From Pseudomonadota bacterium (GTDB taxonomy: Bacteria > Myxococcota > JACRCW01 > JAFGSX01), in assembly GCA_043821645.1 (NCBI GenBank), contig JBDRCO010000044.1, positions 6,910-70,909 on the forward strand: a stretch of DNA of 64,000 nt, given 5' to 3'. Below the pieces are notes generated by a model. That model saw only the letters and a list, made by a program, of their open reading frames with translations. It was not told where the DNA came from and made no database searches. Below are positions 35,490 through 46,037 of this stretch, in pieces; the stretch's first letter is position 1, and every line of letters begins with the position of its first letter. The position numbers were made by a program, and so were the translations under genes.

Positions 35490-37747
35490 GGATCCCGCTC
35501 GTTCTCGGCTCTTGGCCCGCGTCGCCCCAGCACGATCGCGCCCGCGGGCACCAGCAGCAGATCCGCCGCCAGGGCGACCACGGCCGTGAGCACCACGGTG
35601 AGCCCCAGCATGGCGATGGCCTTGGACGTCGAGGCCAGCAACACGGCGAAGCCCAGCCCCACCACCAGGGAGCTGCGGATCATGGCAGGGCCACAGGCGG
35701 TCAGGGCGGCGCGCGCGGCGGTACCCCACGCGAGTTCCCGGTGCAAGGCTCGCACCCGCCGCAGCACGTGCAGGGTGTCGTCGACCGCGAGCCCGAGCGC
35801 CACGCTGAAGAAGAGCATGGACGAGGGCTTGAGGGTCACCCCCAGGGCTCCGTACAGCCCCAGCACCACCACCAGCGGTCCCAGGTTGGGCACCATGGCC
35901 AGGGCCCCAAGGCGCAGCGAGCCCAGGGCCAGCACCATGAGCACGGCAATCCCCACCGCGGCCAGGGCGAAGCCCCACAGGGCCTGCCGCGTCAGCAGGT
36001 GGTAGGCCAGCAGCGTGAGGTAGGTCCGCCCCGCGAAGCCCACCGTGATGTCGGGGCGCAGGGCGAGCGCCCGTTCTCGCAAGGCGTCCAGCAGGGCCAG
36101 GGTGGCGTTGGCGCCAGGGTCGGCAAAGCGCAGTTCCAGGCGCAGATACAGTTTTCCGTCGTCACCCAGCGCGCGGTAGCGCTCGAGAACACCCGGCGCC
36201 ATCCCCTCGGCCACCAGCTCGAGCTGGGCCAGGCGCGCGTCGTCGGCATCCGCCTTGCCGTCGCCCCCGAGTAGCGCGTCGACCCAGGTCAGCACGCCCA
36301 GGGCGCTGTGGACTCCCAGGACGTCGTGGCCCGTCCTCGCCTCGCGGCTCAAGGCCTCGAGCAGAGTGGCGCTGTCGGTCCGCATCGCATCCTCGGTGGC
36401 GGGCACACCCAGCACCAGATCGATGCGGCTCTCGCCCAAAAACTGGTCGGAGAAGTAGCGGTTGTCGACGACCACCGGGTGGCGGTCGGCCAGCTCCTCG
36501 AGGATGCGCGAATCCACGCGCAGCAAGGGCGCCAGGGCCAGGGCCACCGCCATCAGCACGCTCGCGGCGACCAGGATGCGTTCGGGCTTGCGCTCGACGA
36601 GCTGCCGGCATCGCGCCACCAGCCACTCCATCGTGAGGTCTAGCGCTCCCGGGGAGACGATGGGCCGCGCCGCGCCCAGCAGCCAGGGCAGCCCCAGCAT
36701 GGCCACGGCATACCCGGCGAGGATGCCCAGCGAGGTGGCGACGGCGAATTGCCGGATCACCGGGATCGAGGTCAGGGCGAAGGACGCGAAGCCCACGGCG
36801 GAGGTGACGCTGGTCCACAGGCAGGTTCGTACCCCCCGACGCATGGCCTGCGCCCGCGCGTCGTCTGCGGACAGGCCCTGCTCGCGCAGGCGAAGGTGAT
36901 CGCTGACGACGTGGATCACGTCACATAGCACCACCACCAGCACCACCACCGGGCTGGCCAGGGTGAGCAGGGTCAGCGGCAGGCCCAGGGCGCCGAGCAC
37001 TCCAAGCTGCACCACCACCGCGGCCAGACCGAGGCCCAGGGCCCCCGCGGTCAGGCGCTTCTGGCCAAAGCTCAGCCACAACAGCAGCGCCATGATCAGC
37101 AAGGTGGCGACGAAGAACTGACCAGCCTCGCGCGCCAGGAAGCGCGTCGAGCGCGCCTCCATCGCTGGAATGCCCGCCAGGTGCAGCTGCCAGCCCGCTT
37201 GTTCGAGGGGCTGCAGCGCGGTCTCCACCTCCTCGACGATGCGCGAGGCCTGCGCCAGGTCGCGCACGGCCTCGGGCTGCAGCTCGAGGATGGCGAGCAG
37301 GCCAAACCCGTCGCGGGACAGCCAGCGCAGCCCGGGCAAGACCTCGCGCTCGAGGCTCTGCCGCAGCGCCAGCACACCGGCTGCGTCGTCGGGAACCGTC
37401 GCCAGGGGCACCTGGCCGCCGAGGGTCTCGTCACCCGGGCTGGCCAGGGGCGTGGTGTAGGCCGAGTGCAGCGCGCGCAGCCAGGGCCGCGCCTGCAGTG
37501 AGCGCAGGCAGGCGCCCAGCTCCTTCAGGGCCGCCGGGCTCCAGGTCTGCGCGCCTTTGCTGGCAGCCAGGTACAGCTCGCGCCGGCCGTCCACATCGAA
37601 CAGTGCGCGCAGCCGCTGCTCCTCGCGCACCGTGTCGTTGCCGGCGGGCAAGAAATCCTCGAACGAGAAGCGGGGTTGCACGCGCAGCGCGAAGCTGGCC
37701 AGGCCGACCAGGGCGAGCACGGCGAGGATGGTGAGGGGGCGGCGCAC
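35480..37747 (-). CDS. MMPL/RND family exporter
   Basis: Two repeats of TM + large loop + 5 TM, LCDVIHV, GLAVDDTLH, TSVTSAVGFASF. Confidence 0.85.
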   Translation of the reverse strand: MRRPLTILAVLALVGLASFALRVQPRFSFEDFLPAGNDTVREEQRLRALFDVDGRRELYLAASKGAQTWSPAALKELGACLRSLQARPWLRALHSAYTTPLASPGDETLGGQVPLATVPDDAAGVLALRQSLEREVLPGLRWLSRDGFGLLAILELQPEAVRDLAQASRIVEEVETALQPLEQAGWQLHLAGIPAMEARSTRFLAREAGQFFVATLLIMALLLWLSFGQKRLTAGALGLGLAAVVVQLGVLGALGLPLTLLTLASPVVVLVVVLCDVIHVVSDHLRLREQGLSADDARAQAMRRGVRTCLWTSVTSAVGFASFALTSIPVIRQFAVATSLGILAGYAVAMLGLPWLLGAARPIVSPGALDLTMEWLVARCRQLVERKPERILVAASVLMAVALALAPLLRVDSRILEELADRHPVVVDNRYFSDQFLGESRIDLVLGVPATEDAMRTDSATLLEALSREARTGHDVLGVHSALGVLTWVDALLGGDGKADADDARLAQLELVAEGMAPGVLERYRALGDDGKLYLRLELRFADPGANATLALLDALRERALALRPDITVGFAGRTYLTLLAYHLLTRQALWGFALAAVGIAVLMVLALGSLRLGALAMVPNLGPLVVVLGLYGALGVTLKPSSMLFFSVALGLAVDDTLHVLRRVRALHRELAWGTAARAALTACGPAMIRSSLVVGLGFAVLLASTSKAIAMLGLTVVLTAVVALAADLLLVPAGAIVLGRRGPRAENERDPQA

Positions 37748-37830
37748 GCGATCACTCTAGCCCACGCGCACCGCCGTGACGACGGCATGCCGCACGCGCC
37801 ACCCGCGGCCGCTGGCCGGATCTCGAAGGG

Positions 37831-39657
37831 CTACAGCCGCCAGCCCAGCTCGACCAGCCGCTGCGACACGTTGGCGGGCACGTAGATGAAGATGCGGTCG
37901 CCGCGCGGGCAGTCGCAGCTGGCGCAGAAACTGGTGTCAAACAGGCCGCGCTCGATGCGGTAGGCGAGCACGGGGATGGAGGGCGCGAGCTGCGAGCGGT
38001 AGTACTCGCGAAGGACCTCACCCTCGTCGATGGGGCGGATCTCCTGCACGTTGTTGACGTCCCGGAACCAGCGCTCCCAGGGGCTGTTGCCGCACTGCAG
38101 GGGCTCGATGTTCAGCCACAGGTTGCCACAGGGATCTGGCGCTGGCGGCGCGCCGGGTGTCGGCTGCGGCGGTGGCGGATCGGCGGGGTCGGTGCCGGTG
38201 GTGTAGCAGGTGTTCTGCATGTCGCAGGCGAGCGACACGAGCAGGCCCTGGCGCTCGCACAGCTGGCAGGGCACCAGCTGATCCGTCGGTCCCTGCGAGG
38301 GGACGGCCTCCTCGTGGCACAGCAGATCGTCGCAGCTGGTGTGCACGACCACACCATTGGGATCCCGGCACACCTCGCAGATGATCCCGTCGGCACTCTG
38401 CTCCACCACGCATACCACGCTGGGCCGGCTGTTGGAGCAGGTCTCGCTGATCTCGCCCTGCTCGGTGCGGCACACCGTGCACACCACGCTGTCGCCGGTG
38501 CTGTCGCTGCGCGTCTCTTCCCAGCACTCCACCGGTGTCGGCGGTTCGGGGAAGCAGGTGGCGTCGAGCACATCGACCGTTCCATCGCGGTTGAGGTCAC
38601 CGCAGATCTCGCACAGCACCCCGTCGAGGGTGGTGAAGAGCTCGCAGCTCGGCGCCTGCTCGCAGGAGCACAGGCCATTGACGCAGGCCGCGCCCTGGGC
38701 GCAGTCGCTGTCGTTCATGCAGGTCAGGCCCTGGCCGGCGCAGCCCGTGGTGTCGCAGGCGCGATGGGTGATGTTGCCCGCGGCGTCGTAGCAGATGGTG
38801 CACAGGCCGTCGCTGGTGCTGTAGGTGTGGCACTGCTCGGGCGGAGGGTCGCGCCAGCAGCTGCGGTTGACCACGCCGCCGTTCTGGTCGTAGCAGACCT
38901 GGCAGGTGGCGCCGTCGGAGGTCCGGTACTCGGAGCAGGCCACCGGTGCCGGACCCGAGCAACTGTGCTCCACCACCGCGTTGTTGGCGTCGTAGCAGGT
39001 GTAGCAGGTGCTGCCGTCGGCGGAGCTGAGGGCATTGCAGTAATCCGGGCCCGGCGGCAAGGGCTCGCAGGTCTCGGTGGTGCCGCCGTTGCCGTTGACA
39101 CAGCGCTGGCAGCGCTGACCGTCACGCTGGTAGATCTCGCAGGGCAGGTCTTCTCCCGTGCAGTCCCGGCGCACCACATCGCCATTGTCGGCGTAGCAGA
39201 TCTCGCAGGTCAGGCCATTGGCGTCGGTGTAGCTCTCGCAGCCCGCCAGCATGTTGGTGGGCAGCTCTTCGTGGCAGGAGTCGAACAGCACGGTGCCCGT
39301 GGAGGTCTGGCAGATGCTGCAGGTCGCACCCAGATTGTTCTCGAGCACGCTGCACTCGGCGCGCTCGCCGACCCCGCACAGCTCGCTCAGCACCCGGCCC
39401 TGCAGATCGGTGCAGATCTCGCAGGTCTGGCCACCCGCCTCGACTCGCACCTCGAGGCGCGCGCAGCCCTGGGGATTGGCGAGGCAGGGACCACGGTCCT
39501 GACCCTGGGCGCGCAGGCACTCGCCCTGGGCCACGAACACCGTGGTCTGCTCTTCTCCGCCCAAGGTCCCCTGATCCACCGCCGCAGATTCCGCCGCCCA
39601 CGGGCAGGCGGCTCCGGCGAGAAAAAGGGTCAGCAGGGCTGTGCTCAGGCGTCGCAT
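37831..39657 (-). CDS. Lipoprotein with about 11 CxxC-x4/5-G-x5/6-C repeats
   Basis: GAACP lipobox. Repeats such as GQTCEICTDLQGRVLSELC, GLTCEICYADNGDVVRRDC, GATCQVCYDQNGGVVNRSC. Confidence 0.7.
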   Translation of the reverse strand: MRRLSTALLTLFLAGAACPWAAESAAVDQGTLGGEEQTTVFVAQGECLRAQGQDRGPCLANPQGCARLEVRVEAGGQTCEICTDLQGRVLSELCGVGERAECSVLENNLGATCSICQTSTGTVLFDSCHEELPTNMLAGCESYTDANGLTCEICYADNGDVVRRDCTGEDLPCEIYQRDGQRCQRCVNGNGGTTETCEPLPPGPDYCNALSSADGSTCYTCYDANNAVVEHSCSGPAPVACSEYRTSDGATCQVCYDQNGGVVNRSCWRDPPPEQCHTYSTSDGLCTICYDAAGNITHRACDTTGCAGQGLTCMNDSDCAQGAACVNGLCSCEQAPSCELFTTLDGVLCEICGDLNRDGTVDVLDATCFPEPPTPVECWEETRSDSTGDSVVCTVCRTEQGEISETCSNSRPSVVCVVEQSADGIICEVCRDPNGVVVHTSCDDLLCHEEAVPSQGPTDQLVPCQLCERQGLLVSLACDMQNTCYTTGTDPADPPPPQPTPGAPPAPDPCGNLWLNIEPLQCGNSPWERWFRDVNNVQEIRPIDEGEVLREYYRSQLAPSIPVLAYRIERGLFDTSFCASCDCPRGDRIFIYVPANVSQRLVELGWRL

Positions 39658-39669
39658 GGTCCACATCTT

Positions 39670-39686
39670 ACGCAAGCGGCGTGCCG
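39670..39686 (-). promoter_or_regulatory. Putative sigma54 (-24/-12) promoter
   Basis: Minus strand CGGCACGCCGCTTGCGT versus consensus TGGCACGnnnnTTGCW (GG-N10-GC). It would give a very short leader to ATG 39657. Confidence 0.45.
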
Positions 39687-39944
39687 CGGGCGAGAGCTGC
39701 CACAAAGACCGCCATTTGTTGCTAAGTAGCTGTATCGACAGGACAAAAAGAGGTGCGAAGGGCGCGCAGCTTTGCCCACCCCGCCAGAGAATCGCCGCAA
39801 CTGATGCGTCCAGGCATCACTGCGACGCCGGATCCCTGAGGCGAGGTCGCAGCGATCGTGGCCATGGCGAGTGGTGCATAAGCGCCGTTCCGCGGGAGTT
39901 CCTGCAGCGTGTGGTACCTGGCTGGAGCGCACAGACGTGCCGGC

Positions 39945-41285
39945 TCAGCCGCCCCGGGTGTTGGAGATGTCGTACTTGTTGATGAGCTTGTGCAGGCTCA
40001 TGCGGTCGATGCCGGCCTGGCGTGCGGCGGCGCTGACGTTGCCCTTGTGGGCATCGAGCAGGGCTTCGGTGTAGGTGCGCTCGAAGCTCTCGACGAGTTC
40101 GGCTTTCTGTTCCTTGAAGGGCTTGTCGAGATCCAGCGGCGGGGAGGTCACGGCCGCGCTGTCGATGCGGCGCAGCTGCTCGGGTGTGCTCACCTCGCCC
40201 AGCACCACGCTGCGTTCGACCGCATTCTTGAGCTCGCGCACATTGCCCGGCCAGTCGTGCTCGAGAAAACGGTGCACCGCGCCCTCGGGCAGGTCGGCGC
40301 GGGTCTTGTGGAGGCCAGCCAGAAAGTGGTCGATGAGCAGTTCAAGGTCCTCGCGTCGCTCACGCAGGGGCGGCACGGTGAGGGTCACCACGGCCAGGCG
40401 GTAGTACAGGTCCTCGCGAAAATCACCGCGCGCCACCATGCTGCGCAGGTCGCGGTTGGTGGCAGCGACGATGCGCACGTCGACGGGCAGGGTCTGGCCA
40501 CCGCCCACGCGCTGGATCTCGCGGCGCTCCAGCGCCCGCAGCAGCTTGGGCTGCAAGCTCATGTCGAGCTCGCCCACCTCGTCGAGGAACAGGGTGCCGC
40601 CACTGGCGCGCTCGAAGGCGCCAATCCGCTTGCTCACGGCGCCGGTGAAGGCGCCCCGCTCGTGGCCAAACAGCTCGCTCTCGATGAGCGAGGGCGCGAT
40701 GGCGCCGCAGTCCACGACGACGAAGGGGCCCCGCGCGCGGGTGCTGGCCTCGTACAGGGCGCAGGCGATGACTTCCTTGCCGGTGCCGGTCTCGCCGGTG
40801 ACCAGCACCGTGGCGTCGGTCCGCGCGACCTTCTCGACGCGGGCAAAGATCTCGCGCATCAGCGGCGAGCGGCCCACGGCGCTGCCCAGGTTCTCCTGTG
40901 GTGACAGCGGCGACTGCACGGTCTCGCTGGCGGCCTTGAAGTGCAGGGTCACCTCGCCGGCGAGGATCTCGACCTCGCGGTCGAGGTAGGCCTCGAGCAC
41001 GCGCACGCCGTTGAGGCGGGTGCCGTTGGTGGAGCCCAGGTCGCGCAGGACAAAACCACGCTCGCTGACCACGATCTCGAAGTGGGCGCTGGAGACCGTG
41101 GGATCGCTGAGCACGAGGTCATTGCCCGGACCGGCGCCGACGCGCACGCGCTCGGTGTCGAACACGCGCTTGAGCCCCTCGGCTGCGCCGCTCTTGACCG
41201 TGATGACGAAGGTCTGACGCTCGATCTTCTGGCCGTGGGCACCAGGGACCAGGCGCGTCGGACGGTTGAACAGGGCCTCACCCAT
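39945..41285 (-). CDS. FHA-domain sigma54-dependent enhancer-binding protein
   Basis: FHA ([29 protein letters not shown]), [57 protein letters not shown]. Confidence 0.95.
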   Translation of the reverse strand: MGEALFNRPTRLVPGAHGQKIERQTFVITVKSGAAEGLKRVFDTERVRVGAGPGNDLVLSDPTVSSAHFEIVVSERGFVLRDLGSTNGTRLNGVRVLEAYLDREVEILAGEVTLHFKAASETVQSPLSPQENLGSAVGRSPLMREIFARVEKVARTDATVLVTGETGTGKEVIACALYEASTRARGPFVVVDCGAIAPSLIESELFGHERGAFTGAVSKRIGAFERASGGTLFLDEVGELDMSLQPKLLRALERREIQRVGGGQTLPVDVRIVAATNRDLRSMVARGDFREDLYYRLAVVTLTVPPLRERREDLELLIDHFLAGLHKTRADLPEGAVHRFLEHDWPGNVRELKNAVERSVVLGEVSTPEQLRRIDSAAVTSPPLDLDKPFKEQKAELVESFERTYTEALLDAHKGNVSAAARQAGIDRMSLHKLINKYDISNTRGG

Positions 41286-41398
41286 GCGTTCCTCGTCGGC
41301 AACCGGCGAGCCGGTGCGCGTATTGTGACCACGCAGCTCCCGCTCGTGCAACCGTTGCGGTCTTCTGTCGGGGACGGCCGCGCATGCTCCGCAGCGAC

Positions 41399-42145
41399 TC
41401 AGCGTCGCGCCACCACCACCAGTCGCTCGGCCTCGTGATCGTAGGGCGTGCCGTGCAGGCTGCCAAAGCTCTGCACCTGGTCGAAACCCACGTCGCGCAG
41501 AAGGCCTTCGAGCTCGCTGGCAGCGTACAAGCGGTGTTCGACCACCACCTGCACGGTCTGGCCCTGGCGCAGCAAGGTCCACTGGTTGCGGATCCAGCCA
41601 AAGCTGTGCTGCAGCTCCCTGTCCTCGATGATCAGCGTGCCGTCGGCCAGGCGATCCCAGTCGCGCTGCCTGAACTTGCGGGCCAGGATCTCCTTGCCCA
41701 GCAGGTCCATGACCAGCACGCCACCAGGCTTGAGGCTCTGCCGCAGCTTGTCGAGCACCTGCCTGTCCTGAGCCGGGTCCTCGAAGTAGCCAAAGGCGGT
41801 GAACAGGTTGACCGCGAGATCAAAGGCACGCGGTCTCACGAAGTGCCGCATGTCGTCCTGCACCCACTCCACCTGCAGCCCCGCGTCGCTCGCGCGCGCG
41901 CCCGCGCGTTCGAGGTAGGCCGCGGTCCTGTCGACGCCGGTGACGGTGAAGCCGCGGCGCGCCAGCTCCACAGCGTGGCGGCCCGGGCCGCAGCACAGGT
42001 CGAGCACACTACCGGGCGGACGGACCTGGACCAGGCCGAGCAGCGCCTCGATCTCTGCCGGTGCCGCGGCAAAGCGGTCCTCGTCGAACATCACGGGATC
42101 GAAGTCGCGCCAGAACGCGTCGTCGTCATGCCAGGGGACGGTCAT
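41399..42145 (-). CDS. Class I SAM-dependent methyltransferase
   Basis: VLDLCCGPGRH, VTGVDR, DDMR, FDLAVNLFTAFGYF, LKPGG. Confidence 0.9.
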   Translation of the reverse strand: MTVPWHDDDAFWRDFDPVMFDEDRFAAAPAEIEALLGLVQVRPPGSVLDLCCGPGRHAVELARRGFTVTGVDRTAAYLERAGARASDAGLQVEWVQDDMRHFVRPRAFDLAVNLFTAFGYFEDPAQDRQVLDKLRQSLKPGGVLVMDLLGKEILARKFRQRDWDRLADGTLIIEDRELQHSFGWIRNQWTLLRQGQTVQVVVEHRLYAASELEGLLRDVGFDQVQSFGSLHGTPYDHEAERLVVVARR

Positions 42146-42720
42146 CGCGGTCTCCCCGGGGTGGGCTCCCCGGTGGCGGTCCCAAAACCTCGCAGGCAAC
42201 TGCCCAGCGCGGGCAGGTCGTCCAGCAGCTCGCGCAGACCGGGCTCGCGAGCGCGCTCCAGGATCGCGTGGGTGGCCTCGTGCACGCGATGCTCTTCGCG
42301 CTGTTTCTCGTCGTCACTGCTCTCGAAACGCGCCAGACGCCGGGCAAAGCGCACCACGTGCACCAGCTCGTGTACCAGCAGGAACAGCAGCAGTGCCCCG
42401 GCGCGGGCTCCCTGGTCGACGGCGGCCAGGATGTGCGGGTCCCACAGGCACACCCGGTAGTGGATGCGCCGCCTGTCCCGCGCCGAGCGTTCCTCGCGGG
42501 TGAGGTCGCAGCGCTGCACCTCCGCGAGCTGGGTGGGCGAGGGCGGGGGCGCGATGTCCAGACCCTGCAGTTCGACGGCGGTGACGACGTCGTAGGGTGC
42601 CTGTCGCAGGTCAAAGGCGCTGAGCCTGAAGTGATCGCCGCACAGGTCCTCAGCCAGTCGCAACGTGCGCTGCACCTCGGCCCGCATGGCGTCGTCGAAC
42701 AGGCGCATGATCTGCCCCAC
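42142..42720 (-). CDS. Conserved hypothetical protein with HExxH (zincin-like) motif
   Basis: LLVHELVHVVRF followed by EEHRVH. Alternative ATG at 42708. Confidence 0.55.
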   Translation of the reverse strand: MGQIMRLFDDAMRAEVQRTLRLAEDLCGDHFRLSAFDLRQAPYDVVTAVELQGLDIAPPPSPTQLAEVQRCDLTREERSARDRRRIHYRVCLWDPHILAAVDQGARAGALLLFLLVHELVHVVRFARRLARFESSDDEKQREEHRVHEATHAILERAREPGLRELLDDLPALGSCLRGFGTATGEPTPGRPR

Positions 42721-42817
42721 CTCGTCGAGGTTCCAGGCTAGCGAGTTCGCTGTGGCAGGGCAACGCGCGAGCCGGAACCGGGGGCTCGTCGGGATACGGA
42801 CGCTCCCCGAGGTGCAC

Positions 42818-43594
42818 TCAGTTCAGCAGCACGGCCAGCACCAGCACCGCGGTCTGCGCCACCTCGACGCTGGCACCCAGCACATCGCCGGTGACGCCGC
42901 CGAGCACGCGCTCGGCCCAGCGCGCCATCGCCCAGCCCAGGCCGAGGCCTGCGGCCAGCAGCAGGATCCAGCCAAAAGGCCACGCCAGCACCACGCCGGC
43001 CGCGAGGGCAGTCACCGACGCCATCCGCAGCCAGTCGCCCTGCACCTTGCCCACCAGCAGGCGGCCCAGGCTGTTCACGCCGGCCCAGTCCGGCGGCCGG
43101 CACACGAAGGCCACCACCACTGCGGCCAGTCTTCCGACGACGGGAGCGAGCACCACGGCGCCGAGGTGTCCGGCATGCAGCAGCGATCCCGCGGCCACGG
43201 CCTGCAGCGCCAGCACCAGAAACACCGCCACCGCGCCCATCACGCCGACCCGGCTGTCCTTGAGGATCTTGCCTGCGTCCTCGCCGCGCTTGCCCGAGAG
43301 CAGGCCGTCAAAGCTGTCGGCCAGGCCGTCGATGTGAAACGCGCCGGTGACCAGCGCCCAGGTGGCGATGGTGAGCAGCCCGGGCAGCAGGCTCTGCTCG
43401 GGGGCCAGCCACGACACCGCGCCGCCCACCAGCAGGCCGCACAGCCCGACCACCAGGCCCACCGCAGGATAGAACGCTGTCAGCGACGGGATCTCCTCCT
43501 CGCTGGGAGCGCGCCCCAGCTTCACCGGCAGGCGCGTCAGGTACTGCAGCGCGGCGAGCGCTCGGAACGCCAGATCGGGCGGGGCTGTACTCAT
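42818..43594 (-). CDS. cobS: Adenosylcobinamide-GDP ribazoletransferase (cobalamin synthase)
   Basis: LQYLTRLP, FYPAVG, GAFHIDGLADSFDG, LKDSRVGVMG, GGVTGDVLGA. Confidence 0.95.
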   Translation of the reverse strand: MSTAPPDLAFRALAALQYLTRLPVKLGRAPSEEEIPSLTAFYPAVGLVVGLCGLLVGGAVSWLAPEQSLLPGLLTIATWALVTGAFHIDGLADSFDGLLSGKRGEDAGKILKDSRVGVMGAVAVFLVLALQAVAAGSLLHAGHLGAVVLAPVVGRLAAVVVAFVCRPPDWAGVNSLGRLLVGKVQGDWLRMASVTALAAGVVLAWPFGWILLLAAGLGLGWAMARWAERVLGGVTGDVLGASVEVAQTAVLVLAVLLN

Positions 43595-43598
43595 GACC

Positions 43599-44663
43599 TC
43601 ATCTCACGGCGCGGGTCACGCCCGCGGCCTCGAAGATCGCCATCTCGTTGAGGACCTTGACCCCGGCCTCGATCACGAACATGGCCAGGGCCGCGCCCGT
43701 GCCCTCGCCCAGGCGCAGGTCCAGGTCGAGCAGCGGTCTCAGGTCCAGGCGCTCGAGCATGACGGTATGCCCGACCTCGACCGAGCGGTGCGAGGCAAAC
43801 ATGTACTGGGCGCTTGCCGGGCACAGCGCGTGCGCCAGCAGGGCGCCGGCGGTCGAGATGAAGCCGTCGACGACCACGGGCAGCCTGTTCTTGGCCGCGC
43901 CCAGCACCAGCCCGGCCAGGCCCCCGATCTCGAGCCCGCCGACCTTGCTCAGCACGTCGATGGGGTCCCCGGGATCGGGCGCATTGACGTCGAGGGCGCG
44001 GCGCACCACGGCGATCTTGTGCGCCAGGGTGGCGTCGTCGACGCCGGTGCCGCGGCCGGTGACCTCGGCGGGATCGCGGCCACTGAGGCAGGCCACGATG
44101 GCGGCCGAGGGCGTCGAGTTGGCGATGCCCATTTCGCCTGTGCCCAGCAACTGCACCCGGCCCTCGCGCACCAGCGCGTCGACGATCTCGATGCCCACCT
44201 CGATGCTGCGCTTGGCCAGCGCGCGGTCCATGGCCGGGCCGCGGGCGATGTTGGCGGTGCCCCGGGCCAGCTTGCGGTCGATGACGCCCGGAATGCCGGT
44301 CAGGTCGCCGTTGACGCCGAGGTCGACCACCATGAGCTCGGCTCCCGCGTGGCGGCCGAGCACGTTGATGCCGGCGCCACCCGCGGCGAAGTTCTTCATC
44401 ATCTCGATGGTGACTTCGGGTGGCATGCGGCTGACGTTCTCCTCGACCACACCATGGTCGCCGCCCAGGGTCACCAGTACCTTGGTCGCCACCGATGGCT
44501 GCCGCTGGCGGGTGATGGCCACCACGCGCCGCGCGCACTCCTCGAGCCGGCCCAGGCTCCCCGGCGGCTTGGTCTGGTTGTCCAGGCGTTGCTGGGCCCA
44601 GGCCATCAGCTCGGCGTCCACGGGCTCGATGCGATCCAGGGTTTCTTGCAGCAAGGATTTCAT
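43599..44663 (-). CDS. cobT: Nicotinate-nucleotide-dimethylbenzimidazole phosphoribosyltransferase
   Basis: [48 protein letters not shown]. Confidence 0.96.
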   Translation of the reverse strand: MKSLLQETLDRIEPVDAELMAWAQQRLDNQTKPPGSLGRLEECARRVVAITRQRQPSVATKVLVTLGGDHGVVEENVSRMPPEVTIEMMKNFAAGGAGINVLGRHAGAELMVVDLGVNGDLTGIPGVIDRKLARGTANIARGPAMDRALAKRSIEVGIEIVDALVREGRVQLLGTGEMGIANSTPSAAIVACLSGRDPAEVTGRGTGVDDATLAHKIAVVRRALDVNAPDPGDPIDVLSKVGGLEIGGLAGLVLGAAKNRLPVVVDGFISTAGALLAHALCPASAQYMFASHRSVEVGHTVMLERLDLRPLLDLDLRLGEGTGAALAMFVIEAGVKVLNEMAIFEAAGVTRAVR

Positions 44664-44688
44664 GGCGATCTTTCCAGGGGGCGTCGGC

Positions 44689-45231
44689 TCACGCCTCGTT
44701 CAGGAGCGCTGGCTCGTGTCCCTTGAGCACCAGGGGCAGCCCGGACACCATGACGACCACGGCGTCGCAGCTCGCGGCCATCTTCTGGTTGAGCGAGCCC
44801 AGGGCGTCGCGGTAGCGCCGGCTCAGGGCGTCGCCGGGCACCAGGCCCAGGCCCACCTCGTTGCTCACCAGCAACACCGGCACCCGGCACGAGCGCAGGG
44901 CCGCGTCCAGGGCGTCGAAGCGGCGTGCCAGCTCGTCGTCGTCGAGCTCGGCGCACAGCAGGTTGCTGACCCACAGGGTCAGGCAGTCGAGCACCACCAC
45001 GTCGTGCTGGGGGCCGTGGCGCAGCAGGGCCATGGCCGGCGCCATCGCTTCCTCCACCGTGGTCCAGCCCTCGCCGCGCTCGGCCTGGTGGCGAGCGATG
45101 CGGGCCTGCATCTCGTCGTCGCCGGGTTCGGCGGTGGCCACGAACAGGCGTCGCGGTCCCAGACGTTCAGCCACCTGCTGGGCGCGGGCGCTCTTGCCCG
45201 AGCGCGCGCCTCCCGTGTACAGGACCTTCAC
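44689..45231 (-). CDS. cobU: Bifunctional adenosylcobinamide kinase / phosphate guanylyltransferase
   Basis: [40 protein letters not shown]. Confidence 0.96.
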   Translation of the reverse strand: MKVLYTGGARSGKSARAQQVAERLGPRRLFVATAEPGDDEMQARIARHQAERGEGWTTVEEAMAPAMALLRHGPQHDVVVLDCLTLWVSNLLCAELDDDELARRFDALDAALRSCRVPVLLVSNEVGLGLVPGDALSRRYRDALGSLNQKMAASCDAVVVMVSGLPLVLKGHEPALLNEA

Positions 45232-46037
45232 CCACCACCCCCGGATCCGGGCCAGCTCGTCGCGAGCGCCTTCAGGGACGACTCGAAAGCCTCGACGCCG
45301 AACACCTCCACCGTCACCACGCCCTGGTATGCGCGCTCCTGCAAGGTCTGCAGGATTCCCGCAAGGGGTGGAAAATGCTCAAGAGATCTGTGATCTCTGT
45401 CCGCCACGCCATGGATGTGGATGTGGTTCGTGCACTCCAGGTTGGCAGCCAGGATGGGCAGCGGATCCGCATGCGCATAGTGCACATGGCCGAGGTCCAG
45501 GCACAGGCTGCAGCCGCTGTGTTCTGCCAGGGCCCGGTTGCAGGCCACGTCGTAGGCCCACTGGTTTTCCACCGCCAGCCGGAGGGGGTCCACCCCGGCC
45601 AGCTCGGCGATGCGAGCCAGGCCGCAACGCGCGCGTTCGACCCAGGTGTGCAGCGCGTCGCCTGCTTCTGGAGGCGCGGGCACGATGTGCAGCACGCCGG
45701 CCGACGGCGCCAGGGGCTCGATCAGCCGCAACATGGCGGCCACGGCCTGGGCCGAGCGCTCACAAGGGTCTCCGTCCAGGGCCACCAGGGTCGGCAGGTG
45801 CACGCTGTAGCTCAGGCCCGTGTCGCGGCCAATGGCAGCCATGCGTGCGATGGCGTCGGGGTCTGGCAGATCGCCCTCGGGTTCCAGCAGCAGGATCTGC
45901 ACATCGTCGACCCGGTCCTGCAGCCACTCCACATTGGGCAGCAGGTGGTCGGGGAGCACGAAGGAGCTGGTGCCCAGGCGGAAGGAACGGCTCAGGGCGG
46001 GCAGGATGGGGCGGTGCGAGGGCATTTTTTTCAGCAT
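45228..46037 (-). CDS. cbiR: Cobamide-remodelling phosphodiesterase CbiR-like (AP endonuclease 2 fold)
   Basis: RLGTSSFVLP...NV..L...VDDVQILLLE, YSVHLP, LAVEN, CLDLGH, HIHG...DH.SL, TVEVF. GTGA overlap with cobU. Confidence 0.65.
   Translation of the reverse strand: MLKKMPSHRPILPALSRSFRLGTSSFVLPDHLLPNVEWLQDRVDDVQILLLEPEGDLPDPDAIARMAAIGRDTGLSYSVHLPTLVALDGDPCERSAQAVAAMLRLIEPLAPSAGVLHIVPAPPEAGDALHTWVERARCGLARIAELAGVDPLRLAVENQWAYDVACNRALAEHSGCSLCLDLGHVHYAHADPLPILAANLECTNHIHIHGVADRDHRSLEHFPPLAGILQTLQERAYQGVVTVEVFGVEAFESSLKALATSWPGSGGGG

Noticed and set aside
37831-39657. Multiheme cytochrome interpretation of the CxxC repeats
   Set aside because: No repeat is CxxCH, so the axial His is absent.
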